From NCBI GenBank assembly GCA_965242565.1, contig OZ251457.1:451891-515890 (forward strand): a stretch of DNA of 64,000 nucleotides, written 5' to 3'. The notes beneath the pieces are model-generated. The model did not search any database and was not told where the DNA came from. It saw only the letters and a list, made by a program, of their open reading frames with translations. Made by a program: the position numbers and the translations under genes. Of this stretch, positions 48,592 to 58,397 are shown one piece after another (the first letter of the stretch is position 1; each line of letters opens with the position of its first letter). This stretch comes from Dehalococcoidia bacterium. Lineage in GTDB: Bacteria > Chloroflexota > Dehalococcoidia > Bin125.

Positions 48592-48672
48592 TCAGCGCGC
48601 CGTCTCCCAGCCCAGACTCTCCAGCCAGCCCAGCGCCGCCGCCTCCACCGTCCCCTCATTGAACGCGCTCAC
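48592..48672 (-). pseudogene. hsdR 5'-end fragment ([26 protein letters not shown]), copy 3
   Basis: Same junction structure as copy 2. Confidence 0.6.
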
Positions 48673-49091
48673 GACCCGCCGCCAACCTGACAGGTGTAGG
48701 AGATGTCCGCCACCCGCACCGCGCCCAGCGCCACATCGAGGATCGCCGTCCCCACATCGTCGACATCCGTCACCCGTGCGACCAGCTCGACGCCTTCGCC
48801 TTCCAGCACCAGCGAGCGTCGCACCTCGCCGATCAGCGCCATCTGCCGCTCGCCCAGCTCCTGAAAGCACCGCGCCTTGCACAGCCAGAGCCAGGCGTCG
48901 CCGCCGTCTGTCACCACGTACCCGCTGTCCTGCTCCGTCACCCAAACCTGCACCTCATCGCGATCCGGGTAGAGCAGCGATGTGTTCACGCCGACCGACC
49001 CGTCCGGCGCCGGGAAGAACTCGAACAGGTCCGAAGCCTCCAGCCGCACCCCCGCAGCCAGCGCATCCAGCAGAGCCGGCTTGGTCGCCAT
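48669..49091 (-). CDS. Hypothetical 140-aa protein 'P3' (cassette copy 3); only a 50-nt remnant of its Q3 partner survives, overlapped by the rloC-like 3' end
   Basis: [14 protein letters not shown]...[17 protein letters not shown]; upstream remnant ...[19 protein letters not shown] matches the Q1/Q2 C-termini. Confidence 0.55.
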   Translation of the reverse strand: MATKPALLDALAAGVRLEASDLFEFFPAPDGSVGVNTSLLYPDRDEVQVWVTEQDSGYVVTDGGDAWLWLCKARCFQELGERQMALIGEVRRSLVLEGEGVELVARVTDVDDVGTAILDVALGAVRVADISYTCQVGGGS

Positions 49092-49139
49092 CTCGCGCCC
49101 CTTCCGGTTCCCACAGAATACCCCGATGCGTCACGTTGA

Positions 49140-51524
49140 TCACCTCGCAGAGCTGCCATCAGGCGGTGATCGGCTGATCTGCGTCTGTTGCGGCTTGGCG
49201 AACTCGAGAACGCGTTCAACGAAGGGCCTCAACTCGCCGTCCGAGGGCCTCTCGTCCGCGTGCTGCTGGTTTGAGTCATGATGGAACCGATGAGCGTACG
49301 TCATGAGCTCATCGAGCTCGTTGATCTGTTGCGCCGACAGGATCGGACTTCCGTGTTTAGCGCGCCTCTCGCACTCCTTAATGAACCGACCAAACCTTTC
49401 TCCCGGGCCGAAGTCGCCCGGGCAAGTGACGCGGAGGTAGTGTTCGAGGTAGGGGCGCAACGACTTGGCGACTGCCACCAAATCATCGTCGTCTGTCTCC
49501 AGGTACCGCGTCAAACGCAGATACGTTCGATCGTGATCTGTGATGAGGTCGTTATTGACATCCCACGGCCTCAGAGAGGAACCGTCGCTGCTCCGCGCGA
49601 TCTTGATTGCCGACCGCGATTCCCGGTAAGGGCGACCAGCAGTCTCCCAGATGTCGCACAGGAACCTCTTGTTGTGAGACAGTACGATCACCTGCCCGAC
49701 ACGGTCGAGAAGACCAGCGATCTCCGACACCGTCACCGAGAATCGGCTGGTGTCGAGACTGGAGATTGGGTCATCCATCACGACCGTCAGGTCGCTAGGA
49801 TTGGGATCAAGCTCGATCGCCACCAAGAACATCGAGAACGCCAACGCGTTGCGGTCACCTGCGCTCAGAGTATTGCCGAAGGAATACTCACCCGCAGGCA
49901 CGTCCTGGTTCGTGATGGGCACGAGCTTTCCGTTGATTTCGAGTGCGTAAGTTGTCGTCGGACCGCCCGTCTGGCGCGGCTTGAGGGACTTTACTCGAAA
50001 GCCGGCACCAAACCGACTCAGGTGGTGGTTCAGCCTCTCCTCGTATTGCGGAAAGATCTGATTCCGGAAAGCAGCGAGAGCTTGACTGGCGCGTTTTTGT
50101 TCGTCATTCGTTCGCGATTTGGCTGCGCTTTCGTTTAGGTAAGCGACGGCCAGGTCGACGATGTCCGGAGAGTAGCGCGCCTGAACTGCAGTTAGCCGCG
50201 CTATCTCGTCTTTGATGGTGCCGGCGTTCGTGGACGCTGCTTGGTCGAGGAAAGCCGCGATCGTGGTGTTGGCCCGCTCGATTGTGCGGTTTGCGGAGGT
50301 GACGCCCGCTCGAAGCTCGTCATAGCGAGCAAGCGCGACGCGAGCCTCGTCATCGATGGTGAGGGTGTCGAGTGGTGCAGCCTGTTTCGTGCGAAAGTGG
50401 CGGATGATCGCGGTGTAGGCCTCGTCCCACGCGCCAGCAATCGCTGGAGCGTCGACTTCGATCAGATCGACCTCACACACTTCACGCCAAAACCGCATGC
50501 GCTTGGTGGTTTCGGTCACTGTGCGCTCGAACGCGGTCTGAGCCTTTCGGCCATGTGTTTCATCGATGTGGGTTCGTTCGTCTTGGATCGATGATTTCAG
50601 GTCGCGATAGGCGGCGCTGAAGTAGGAACGGTAGTGCGCGAGCATTACAGACGAACCAATAGCCTGCAAGCAGAAGGGGCACGTCGCTACATCGTCAGCC
50701 TGCGCCGACTGTTGTAGGTACGTTGTGCCTTGGTCTAGCCACCGCTCGCCGTCCTCGCCAAGTTCATCCGCGTGGTCAGCAATTTGTTTTGCGGCATCGG
50801 CGTCGAGTTCCGATATGTCGCGACGCAAAACACGCTCTATCTCGTTGAGATCGAAAGTGGCGGTCGAGAGTCGCCCGGGCGTTGGTGCTTTGCTGATTTC
50901 GTCAGCGCGTTCTGCCGCTGCCTGTAGCTGGCGTTGATGGCGAAGTGCATCGTCGACGTTGAGCTCGTCGGTGAGGTTGCAGAAGCGTTCGATCGCGTCG
51001 CGGCCAGCGAGCGACGACCGAAGGTCGGCAGGAACGGCGTCACGGATCTGTTCCTCCAGCCGGCGTAGCTCTGCGTTGTGCTCTTTCAGCCGGTCGTTCG
51101 TTCGCTGGACGGTTCGATTCAGGCTGACGCCTTGCTCGCCCAGGATGAGTTCGTGGAGAGCTTGCCTATGGGCGTTGTGGACCTCAAGGCCAGAGCAGAC
51201 ACTTTCAGCGACAAACTGTTCATCGAAGACCTTGAGCGACGTCAACGGCGGAATTTTCCAAGCACCATCGGCGAATACTGCGCCGCCCTCTTCGCCCCGC
51301 AGCGTGATCACGACCACCGGCGGGTCACTCACGTCGATCCGTTGGCGCTCGACGATCGCTGTTGCATTGCCCTTGGCCAACGACCGAAGGACCTCGGAGA
51401 GAGTGGTCTTACCACGGCTGTTATCGCCGTAGATCACGGTCAGCCGTTTCAGGGGAAGCGAGGCACCGTCGGTCACAGCCTTGAATTGGCCGATGTTGCC
51501 GAGGAAATCAATTGTCTCTAGCAT
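49140..51524 (-). CDS. AAA_13-type ABC ATPase with a coiled-coil CxxC zinc hook; RloC-like (putative anticodon nuclease family)
   Basis: Walker [10 protein letters not shown] near the N-terminus; long helical middle containing [12 protein letters not shown] (CxxC); signature-like [11 protein letters not shown]; Walker [12 protein letters not shown]; 794 aa; embedded in a type I R-M locus; low GC. Confidence 0.5.
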   Translation of the reverse strand: MLETIDFLGNIGQFKAVTDGASLPLKRLTVIYGDNSRGKTTLSEVLRSLAKGNATAIVERQRIDVSDPPVVVITLRGEEGGAVFADGAWKIPPLTSLKVFDEQFVAESVCSGLEVHNAHRQALHELILGEQGVSLNRTVQRTNDRLKEHNAELRRLEEQIRDAVPADLRSSLAGRDAIERFCNLTDELNVDDALRHQRQLQAAAERADEISKAPTPGRLSTATFDLNEIERVLRRDISELDADAAKQIADHADELGEDGERWLDQGTTYLQQSAQADDVATCPFCLQAIGSSVMLAHYRSYFSAAYRDLKSSIQDERTHIDETHGRKAQTAFERTVTETTKRMRFWREVCEVDLIEVDAPAIAGAWDEAYTAIIRHFRTKQAAPLDTLTIDDEARVALARYDELRAGVTSANRTIERANTTIAAFLDQAASTNAGTIKDEIARLTAVQARYSPDIVDLAVAYLNESAAKSRTNDEQKRASQALAAFRNQIFPQYEERLNHHLSRFGAGFRVKSLKPRQTGGPTTTYALEINGKLVPITNQDVPAGEYSFGNTLSAGDRNALAFSMFLVAIELDPNPSDLTVVMDDPISSLDTSRFSVTVSEIAGLLDRVGQVIVLSHNKRFLCDIWETAGRPYRESRSAIKIARSSDGSSLRPWDVNNDLITDHDRTYLRLTRYLETDDDDLVAVAKSLRPYLEHYLRVTCPGDFGPGERFGRFIKECERRAKHGSPILSAQQINELDELMTYAHRFHHDSNQQHADERPSDGELRPFVERVLEFAKPQQTQISRSPPDGSSAR

Positions 51525-52828
51525 TGTGAGACTCTCCCTGTGGACTCTTGGATCTCTCCGGCAGTCGCCAGCAGTTGTCGCGACAGCGAGTTGCGGACGA
51601 CACTGATCGCCGCCGTATCGGTCCCTGCCTTCGTCGCCCGGGCGATCAAAGGGCCGACCTCAGCCGCGAAGCGAGAAGAGGCTGGGGTGGGCGGAACGGC
51701 GACGACATAAGACGCGACCGCAGCCGGCGGCACGCGCTGCCGCCCGCTCGTGCCGGTCATGCTCTGGATGGCGAACTCGCGGAACGGCTCGCTCCGAGCG
51801 AGGCAGTAGGCGAACTCCGGCGGCAGCGGCGGCTTGGGTCGCAGCACGATGTACTCCGTTGAACCCCAGCCTACCTGACCATCCTCCAGAAAGTCCACAT
51901 AGGCCGTCTTCCCGTTCTCCAGGCACGGCGTGATCCGCGCCACGAGCGTGTCGCCGTTGATGAAGCGCGTTCCCGAGCCGAACGGCCGCTCCGTCACCGC
52001 GTGCGGCACGTGCCCGTGCGTGGGCATGTCCGCCATCGCCAGGTGCGGCGCGGCCTCGCCCTTCTTGAGCGACCGCCTCGGATTGACCTCCACCACATCC
52101 CCAAGCGCGGCCACGCGCCAGCCGGCGGGGATGGGGCCGAGCGCCGACGCCTCCAGGCGCTCGGGGAACGCCTCGTAGAGCTGCGCGGGCAGCCCCGGCA
52201 GCGACTCCCCCGAGCGCCAGCGGCCCTCCTGCTTCGCCCGCACCGGCTCGAAATCCACAAACCACGAGCGAAACAGCGCCCGCGCCATCTCCTCCAGCGT
52301 CCCCGCCATCCGACGGTTCAACTCAATCTTGTCATCCAGACACCCCAACACCCCCGCAATCCGCCGCTGCTCCCCCATCGGCGGCAAGCGCAGTTTGATA
52401 CTTTTGAGCGCCGTGCCGGACAGCTCGCGGAACGTGGAACCCGACGAGTGCCGCTCCAGTTCTTCGGTGTTCACCGAAAGCCAGTAGTACAGGTATTCAC
52501 CGAATGCACCGTCGCGAGGAATCAGCGACCGGAAGCCCTGATTGGTCGCGATCGGGTTCTTGGCGATCGCGACGTATCCAACGGGCGCTCGCGTTGAGAG
52601 CAGTACGGCGCCGGCGGGCAAAAGCTTGGCCGAACAGCTGTCGAGTCCCTGTTGCGTGAGATTCCGCTCCCCGCGAGCAATGTAGCGATCATGCGGCCCC
52701 GAAAGGTCTTTGGGCGTCACCCACGGTATGTCGCCGCCGAAGTTGTCAGGGTCTTTCGTTGACGGCGTAGAGCCGCCCACGATGTCGGCGATCTCGCCGA
52801 TGGTCACTTCAGTCCAGCTAGCCGTCAT
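51518..52828 (-). CDS. hsdS: Type I R-M specificity subunit HsdS (two target-recognition domains)
   Basis: 436 aa; two TRD halves separated by the central conserved helix ([24 protein letters not shown]...); C-terminal conserved helix. Confidence 0.8.
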   Translation of the reverse strand: MTASWTEVTIGEIADIVGGSTPSTKDPDNFGGDIPWVTPKDLSGPHDRYIARGERNLTQQGLDSCSAKLLPAGAVLLSTRAPVGYVAIAKNPIATNQGFRSLIPRDGAFGEYLYYWLSVNTEELERHSSGSTFRELSGTALKSIKLRLPPMGEQRRIAGVLGCLDDKIELNRRMAGTLEEMARALFRSWFVDFEPVRAKQEGRWRSGESLPGLPAQLYEAFPERLEASALGPIPAGWRVAALGDVVEVNPRRSLKKGEAAPHLAMADMPTHGHVPHAVTERPFGSGTRFINGDTLVARITPCLENGKTAYVDFLEDGQVGWGSTEYIVLRPKPPLPPEFAYCLARSEPFREFAIQSMTGTSGRQRVPPAAVASYVVAVPPTPASSRFAAEVGPLIARATKAGTDTAAISVVRNSLSRQLLATAGEIQESTGRVSQC

Positions 52829-53109
52829 TTGAACTCCTCGTGATCGGGCGTCCGCATGAGCGCGAGGACATCGGCTCGCTCATACTCCACATCGCGCTTC
52901 GCAGCGACCGAGCCGTGGCGTCCGAAGAACCAGTCGCCGCCGGTGTCGAGCTCGACGTTGAGCACGCGAATCCGCTCAGCCGCCACATCGTCGAAGCCGT
53001 CCTCGTACCCGTTGACCACGACGCGCATCCCGCTCGGATACTGCGAGAGGTGCTCGATCAGTTCGCCCACCGTCATCATGGCGCATCCCTCGGATGAGGC
53101 GCTCCCCAT
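52825..53109 (-). CDS. Small hypothetical protein (about 84-94 aa) between hsdM and hsdS
   Basis: Start trimmed to MGSASS / MMTVGEL so it does not overlap the upstream ORF; ATGA overlap with the hsdS start. Confidence 0.35.
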   Translation of the reverse strand: MGSASSEGCAMMTVGELIEHLSQYPSGMRVVVNGYEDGFDDVAAERIRVLNVELDTGGDWFFGRHGSVAAKRDVEYERADVLALMRTPDHEEFK

Positions 53110-53185
53110 CGCAGCGTCGCTTGGAACGACTTTACCACGAGACACAGAATTGCGGTCGTGGACCTCCTCGTTCGGACCGACGCAG

Positions 53186-54160
53186 TCATGCGAACTTGAC
53201 CCAAGGTCCTGGGAAGCCTTGCTTCGGAAAGTCCATCGGTGGTTCCTCGCCGCGGGCCTTGCCTTCGAGATCATCGATGGCAGCTAGGTAGCTCCCTCTA
53301 CCCGACATGCAGAGCCAAGGTTCTGGGCCGATCACGTCGCCGTTCGCTGCAACGTACATCTGAGACAGGAGCCTCCTGAGCTCGCCGAACGCTTGCTCGC
53401 TCCGTTGCCAGCCTGTAGGCCGTGCGGACTGTAGACGAAACCCGTTGTCGTACACGACGCTGACGGTCGCCCAGAGCTCGTCCGTCTCTTCATGGACCAC
53501 TGGCTCCGTGCGGAGAGAGACGATCTTTGGAGCTGGATGGCGAGTGCGCATCTGGTCGGGAATGCCAAGGTCGGTCCAGCGGGCTATGCGATAACCAGAG
53601 GCTGTTTCTGTGGGGAAGATGCCCATGCAGCCGATCTGGTGTGCGAGGTCGAGGACATGCCGTGTGCTGAAGATCATCTGCTCCCCAGGTTCGAACCAGC
53701 GCAGAACTTCGCACTTGCCGCAATGCTCTTTCGTGGCCTGTCCGTGGGCATGGATGAGGTCGTTGCGGATGTGACGCAGGTCGTTCATCACGTTGATCTG
53801 CGGAGGGATGCCTACGGGACCGACAGCGGCTTTGAACTGCGGCCGGAATCCATGTTCCCAGCGGCTGTAGACCTCGACGATCCATGCGCGGTAGGCGAAC
53901 TGTTCCACTGCACCATCCCGCTCGAGATCCTCCAGCGGATGACGGTCAAGGACATCTGGTTGACAGTCCAGGTAAGACGGCTTCAGCGGGACGCGCATAC
54001 CGGCGTTTAGCGTTTCCGGAGTCATCGTGCTGTACCACTGCCGCTGTTCGTCGCGCACAAACTCGAGGCCGTGGAGAGTTGCGAAGAGATGACGGGTCGC
54101 TCTTGTGATGTCGTAGTAGAGCATCCCTATCTCCTCTCTCATTCGCTGCTCGTCAGCCAC
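53186..54160 (-). CDS. Hypothetical 324-aa protein with a HEPN-like Rx4HxH motif (RHIRNDLIHAHG)
   Basis: Motif read from the translation; lies between hsdM and hsdS, where Abi/HEPN genes are commonly embedded; low GC. Confidence 0.4.
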   Translation of the reverse strand: MADEQRMREEIGMLYYDITRATRHLFATLHGLEFVRDEQRQWYSTMTPETLNAGMRVPLKPSYLDCQPDVLDRHPLEDLERDGAVEQFAYRAWIVEVYSRWEHGFRPQFKAAVGPVGIPPQINVMNDLRHIRNDLIHAHGQATKEHCGKCEVLRWFEPGEQMIFSTRHVLDLAHQIGCMGIFPTETASGYRIARWTDLGIPDQMRTRHPAPKIVSLRTEPVVHEETDELWATVSVVYDNGFRLQSARPTGWQRSEQAFGELRRLLSQMYVAANGDVIGPEPWLCMSGRGSYLAAIDDLEGKARGEEPPMDFPKQGFPGPWVKFA

Positions 54161-54317
54161 GGCATCCTCCTTTCTGTTCGTGAGACACGCCGAGGCGTGC
54201 TACGCGGGTCATGACGCCACCTCGCAACAGTACAGCGTTGACTGGCAGATCGCACGGATTTGCGACCTGCCAGATCGGAATGTAGCGCAGGCAACATCAC
54301 CAGTTGTCATTGGCCTT

Positions 54318-55874
54318 TCACTTGCCACCCTCCGCGGGGAAGCCGAGCGACTGCAGATTGGCCTCAATCTGCGCATCGAGCCGCGCCGCCTCAGCCTGCT
54401 GCCCGCGCCACTGCGCCGCCAGCCGCCCCATCTTCTCCGCAAACGGCTCGCCGTCGTCCGCCTGCGGCTCCACGCCCACGTAGCGCCCCGGCGTGAGCAC
54501 GTAATCCTGCGCGCGCACCTCGTCGAGCGACGCGCTCTTGCAGAAACCGGGCGCGTCCTCATACGCGCCGGCGCCCTCCTCCCCTCGCCATGCGTGGTAG
54601 GTATCCGCGATGCGGCGGACATCCTCGTCGCTCAGATCGCGGTGCGTACGATCCAGCATGTGCCCCAGCTTGCGCGCGTCGATGAACAGTATCTCGCCGC
54701 GCCGGTCGCGCATCCCGCCGCCGTGCCGCCGTCGCGCCAGAAACCACAGGCAGGCCGGAATTTGCGTGGTATAGAAGAGCTGCCCCGGCAGCGCCACCAT
54801 ACAGTCGACCAGATCGTTCTCGATCAACCGTCTGCGGATCTCCCCTTCGGCTGATTGCGCCGTCGACATCGAGCCGTTGGCCAGCACGAAACCGGCCACG
54901 CCGCGCGGCGAGAGGTGATGCACCATATGCTGCACCCAGGCGAAGTTGGCGTTCTTGGCCGGCGGCGTCCCCCAGCGCCAGCGCTTGTCCGCGCTCAGCT
55001 GCGCCGCGCCCCAGTCCATATTGAACGGCGGGTTGGCCAGGATGAAATCCGCCCGCAGGTCCGGATGCCGATCGTTGAAGAACGTATCGCCCTGCGCGAT
55101 GTTGCCGTCGATCCCGCGAATCGCCAGATTGATCTTCGCCAGCCGCCAGGTCGTGTAGTTCGACTCCTGGCCGTAGATCGAGATATCGTTCTGCGCGTCG
55201 CTCGGCGACTTGCCGCCGTCGCCGTTGCCCGTCGCGTGCGCGCGGATGAACTCCACCGACTGCACGAACATCCCGCCCGATCCGCAGCACGGATCGTACA
55301 CCCGCCCCTTGTATGGTTCGAGCATCTCGACCAGCAGCCGCACCACGCTGCGCGGCGTGTAAAACTCGCCGCCCCGCTTGCCCTCCGCGCTCGCAAACTG
55401 CGCGAGGAAGTACTCGTACACGCGCCCCAGCACATCGGTCGAGCGCGCGTCCTCGGTGCCGACCGCGATGTTGCTGATCAGGTCGATCAGCTGCCCCAGC
55501 CGCCGCTTGTCCAGCGCCTCCCGCGCGTAGTCTTTGGGCAGCACGTCCTTGAGCGACGCATTGTCGCGCTCGATGGCCAGCATCGCCTGGTCGACGGTCG
55601 TTCCGATCGTCGTCTGCCGCGCCGCCCGCTGCAACACCCGCCAGCGCGCCTCTTCCGGCACCCAGAACACGTGCTCCCCGCGATACTCGTCCGGGTCTTC
55701 CGGATCGGCCCACTCTTCGTGTTCCAGCTCGGCGCGGCGCTCCTCGAAGGCGTCCGAGATGTACTTGAGGAAGATCAGGCCGAGCACGACGTGCTTGTAC
55801 TCCGCGGCGTCCATACTGCCGCGCAGCTCGTTGGCGGCCGCCCACAGATCGGCTTCGTGCTGATTCGCGCTCAC
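54318..55874 (-). CDS. hsdM: Type I R-M DNA methyltransferase subunit HsdM
   Basis: HsdM N-terminal domain ([34 protein letters not shown]); SAM motif [10 protein letters not shown]; catalytic NPPFN; GTG start overlaps (GTGA) the stop of the upstream aminotransferase. Confidence 0.85.
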   Translation of the reverse strand: MSANQHEADLWAAANELRGSMDAAEYKHVVLGLIFLKYISDAFEERRAELEHEEWADPEDPDEYRGEHVFWVPEEARWRVLQRAARQTTIGTTVDQAMLAIERDNASLKDVLPKDYAREALDKRRLGQLIDLISNIAVGTEDARSTDVLGRVYEYFLAQFASAEGKRGGEFYTPRSVVRLLVEMLEPYKGRVYDPCCGSGGMFVQSVEFIRAHATGNGDGGKSPSDAQNDISIYGQESNYTTWRLAKINLAIRGIDGNIAQGDTFFNDRHPDLRADFILANPPFNMDWGAAQLSADKRWRWGTPPAKNANFAWVQHMVHHLSPRGVAGFVLANGSMSTAQSAEGEIRRRLIENDLVDCMVALPGQLFYTTQIPACLWFLARRRHGGGMRDRRGEILFIDARKLGHMLDRTHRDLSDEDVRRIADTYHAWRGEEGAGAYEDAPGFCKSASLDEVRAQDYVLTPGRYVGVEPQADDGEPFAEKMGRLAAQWRGQQAEAARLDAQIEANLQSLGFPAEGGK

Positions 55875-57055
55875 GACGACACCTCCCGCAGCGCCGCCGC
55901 AAACCCCGCCGCAGCCCCCTCCAGCTCCCACTGTTCCACGCAGTAGGAAATCCGGAAATGCCCCGGCATCCCGAAACCGCGCCCCGGCACCACCAGCACC
56001 CCGTGCTCCTGAAGCGCCTCCACCATCCGCAGCTCATCCTCCACCGGCGACTGCGGGAACATGTAGAACGCCCCCTCCGGCTTGCGCACGCTGTAGCCCG
56101 CGTCGGTCAGCACGCCGTACAGATAGTCGCGCTTCTTCTGGTACTGCCCCACATCGATCGTCGCCTCCTGGAGATTGCGCACGAGGTGCTGCATGATCGC
56201 CGGCGCGTTGACGAAGCCCAGCACGCGGTTACAGAAGATGAAGGCGTCCATCAACTCCGCGCCGCCCTCGTACTCCGGATGCAGCGCCAGATAGCCGATC
56301 CGGTCGCCCGCCAGCCCCAGGTCCTTGGCGTGCGACGTCACCGTAATCGTCCGCCGGTACGCCTGCTGCGGAAACGGGTACTGCTGATCGTCGTAGATGA
56401 TCTTGCGGTACGGCTCGTCGCTGACCAGAAAGATGTCCGTACCGAACCGCTCGCACGCGCGATCCAGCAGCTCCGCCAGCGAGTCGATCACCGAGCGCGG
56501 GTAGATCGCGCCCGACGGATTGTTGGGCGAGTTCAGGATCACCAGCCGCGTGCGCTCGCTCAACCTCTCCTCCAGCTCCGCCAGATCCGGCGTGAAGTCC
56601 TCGCCGCAGCTGATCACCACCGGCTGCGCGTCGCGCCCCAGAATGTAGAACATGTACTCGCCGAAAAACGGCGTGAGGATCACGATCTCGTCGCCCGGGT
56701 TGCAGAGCGCGCGCACGATCACGTTCAGCGCCGCCGCCGCGCCCACCGTCATCACGATGTTGTCCGCGCGATAGCCCAGCCCGGTTTCCACCGAAAGCGC
56801 GTCGGCCACGGCCTGGCGCGTGTCGGGATAGCCCGCGTTGGGCATATAGCGGTGCGCGCCCGGCTGCGGCGTCTCCGCGAAGCGGCGCAGCTCCTCGAAA
56901 AATTCCGGCGGCGGCTCGGCCACCGGATTGCCCAGCGAGAGGTCGAACACGTTCTCCGCCCCGCGCTCCGCTCTCAGCGCGATGCCCAGCTCGAACATCC
57001 GCCGAATCCACGAGCTGTCCTCCATGTGCCGTTGTACGTCCGTTGCGATGGTCAT
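55871..57055 (-). CDS. Class I/II PLP-dependent aminotransferase
   Basis: 394 aa; [11 protein letters not shown] motif; PLP-lysine context [16 protein letters not shown]. Confidence 0.8.
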   Translation of the reverse strand: MTIATDVQRHMEDSSWIRRMFELGIALRAERGAENVFDLSLGNPVAEPPPEFFEELRRFAETPQPGAHRYMPNAGYPDTRQAVADALSVETGLGYRADNIVMTVGAAAALNVIVRALCNPGDEIVILTPFFGEYMFYILGRDAQPVVISCGEDFTPDLAELEERLSERTRLVILNSPNNPSGAIYPRSVIDSLAELLDRACERFGTDIFLVSDEPYRKIIYDDQQYPFPQQAYRRTITVTSHAKDLGLAGDRIGYLALHPEYEGGAELMDAFIFCNRVLGFVNAPAIMQHLVRNLQEATIDVGQYQKKRDYLYGVLTDAGYSVRKPEGAFYMFPQSPVEDELRMVEALQEHGVLVVPGRGFGMPGHFRISYCVEQWELEGAAAGFAAALREVSS

Positions 57056-57176
57056 GGCGCTCTCCGCGTCGTCGTATCGAGTGCTGTGCGCAGCTGCCGG
57101 CGGCTCATTGATACGCTCCCCCCGGCAACGCGAGGGTATCCGACGCCGCCTGGGGCGTCGCCGGTCGGAGGCCGCG

Positions 57177-58283
57177 ATGCGCTCGTTCACGCGAGAAGAA
57201 ACGCGCCTGCTGCGTCTCGATGCGCAGGGCCTGGGCGAACTGGGTGCCAGCCGCTGGGCGACGCCGGCCGAGGTCGCTCGCGGCTGCGGCGGCGTCCAGT
57301 CGCAGGATCGCATCGGCGGCCTGCTCGCCTTCCGCGCCCGCTCCTCGGGGCTGACCGCCGCGCAGGTCGAGCGCGCGCTGTTTGAGGAGCGCTCCATCGC
57401 CCGCACCTGGCTGATGCGCGGCACCCTGCACACCGTCGCCGCCGCCGACCTCCGCTGGCTGCTCGCCCTGCTCGGCCCGGAGATGGACCGCAAGGCGCTC
57501 AAGCGCCGCGCCGACCTCGGCATCGACGACGACATCCGCGACGCCGCGCTGGCAACGATGCGAGCGGCGCTGGCGGGCGGCGCAACGCTGCCCCGCGCGG
57601 AACTCGTCGAGCGTGTGCGCGAGGCCGGGCTGCCCTCCGAGGGCCAGGTCGTCCCTCACCTGCTGCGCGCCGCCTCAATGCGCGGCCTGATCTGCTTCGG
57701 GCCGACCCAGGACGGCGCAGAGACGCACGCGCTGCTCGACGACTGGCTGGCGGACATCGCCGACACCCAGCCGCCTGATCCCGGAGCCGAACTCGCCCGC
57801 CGCTACTTCGCCGCCTACGGCCCCGCAACGCAGGCCGACTTCCGCTTCTGGTCGGGCCTCTCCGGCGCCGACGCCCGCGCCGCCTTCCGCGCCATCGAGG
57901 ACGAACTCGAAGAGGTCAAAGCCGACGGCAAGCCGATGTGGATGACGTCCGGCCGCGACGCGCCCGCCGACGCGCCGCTCTCCGTCCGCGTGCTCGGCCC
58001 GTTCGACCCCTACGTGCTCGGCTACGCGAAGCGCGAGCTGGGCGCGTCCGAGGATGCACTGCGGCTGCTGCACCGCGGCGGCGGCATGATCCCGCCGATC
58101 GTGCTGGCCGACGGCGTGCTGGTCGCCGTCGCAACCCGCCGCCGCACCGCGAGCGGCATGCGCTTCACGCTCAACCCCGTCGCCCGCCTCACCAGTCAAA
58201 TCCGCGCCAGCCTCGACGCCGAACTCGCCGACATCGCCCGTTTCCTCGGCGAACCCGCGACTTGGGAGGTGGAGTCGGCCTAG
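57177..58283 (+). CDS. Winged-helix DNA-binding domain protein of the YcaQ/AlkZ (DUF1006) family (putative crosslink-repair DNA glycosylase)
   Basis: Length and conserved ...RTWLMRGTLH... and GPFDPYVLGY segments, typical of this family. Confidence 0.5.
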   Translation: MRSFTREETRLLRLDAQGLGELGASRWATPAEVARGCGGVQSQDRIGGLLAFRARSSGLTAAQVERALFEERSIARTWLMRGTLHTVAAADLRWLLALLGPEMDRKALKRRADLGIDDDIRDAALATMRAALAGGATLPRAELVERVREAGLPSEGQVVPHLLRAASMRGLICFGPTQDGAETHALLDDWLADIADTQPPDPGAELARRYFAAYGPATQADFRFWSGLSGADARAAFRAIEDELEEVKADGKPMWMTSGRDAPADAPLSVRVLGPFDPYVLGYAKRELGASEDALRLLHRGGGMIPPIVLADGVLVAVATRRRTASGMRFTLNPVARLTSQIRASLDAELADIARFLGEPATWEVESA

Positions 58284-58397
58284 ATGCGCGTTCCTGTGGC
58301 GGACTCGCTCCGTGACGGATCGCCTGCGATACCCTGTTGACGAGGGCGGATGCGTCGCGCGCGATGAGCACGCCTCGGAATTCGAGAGAGTCGCTTC

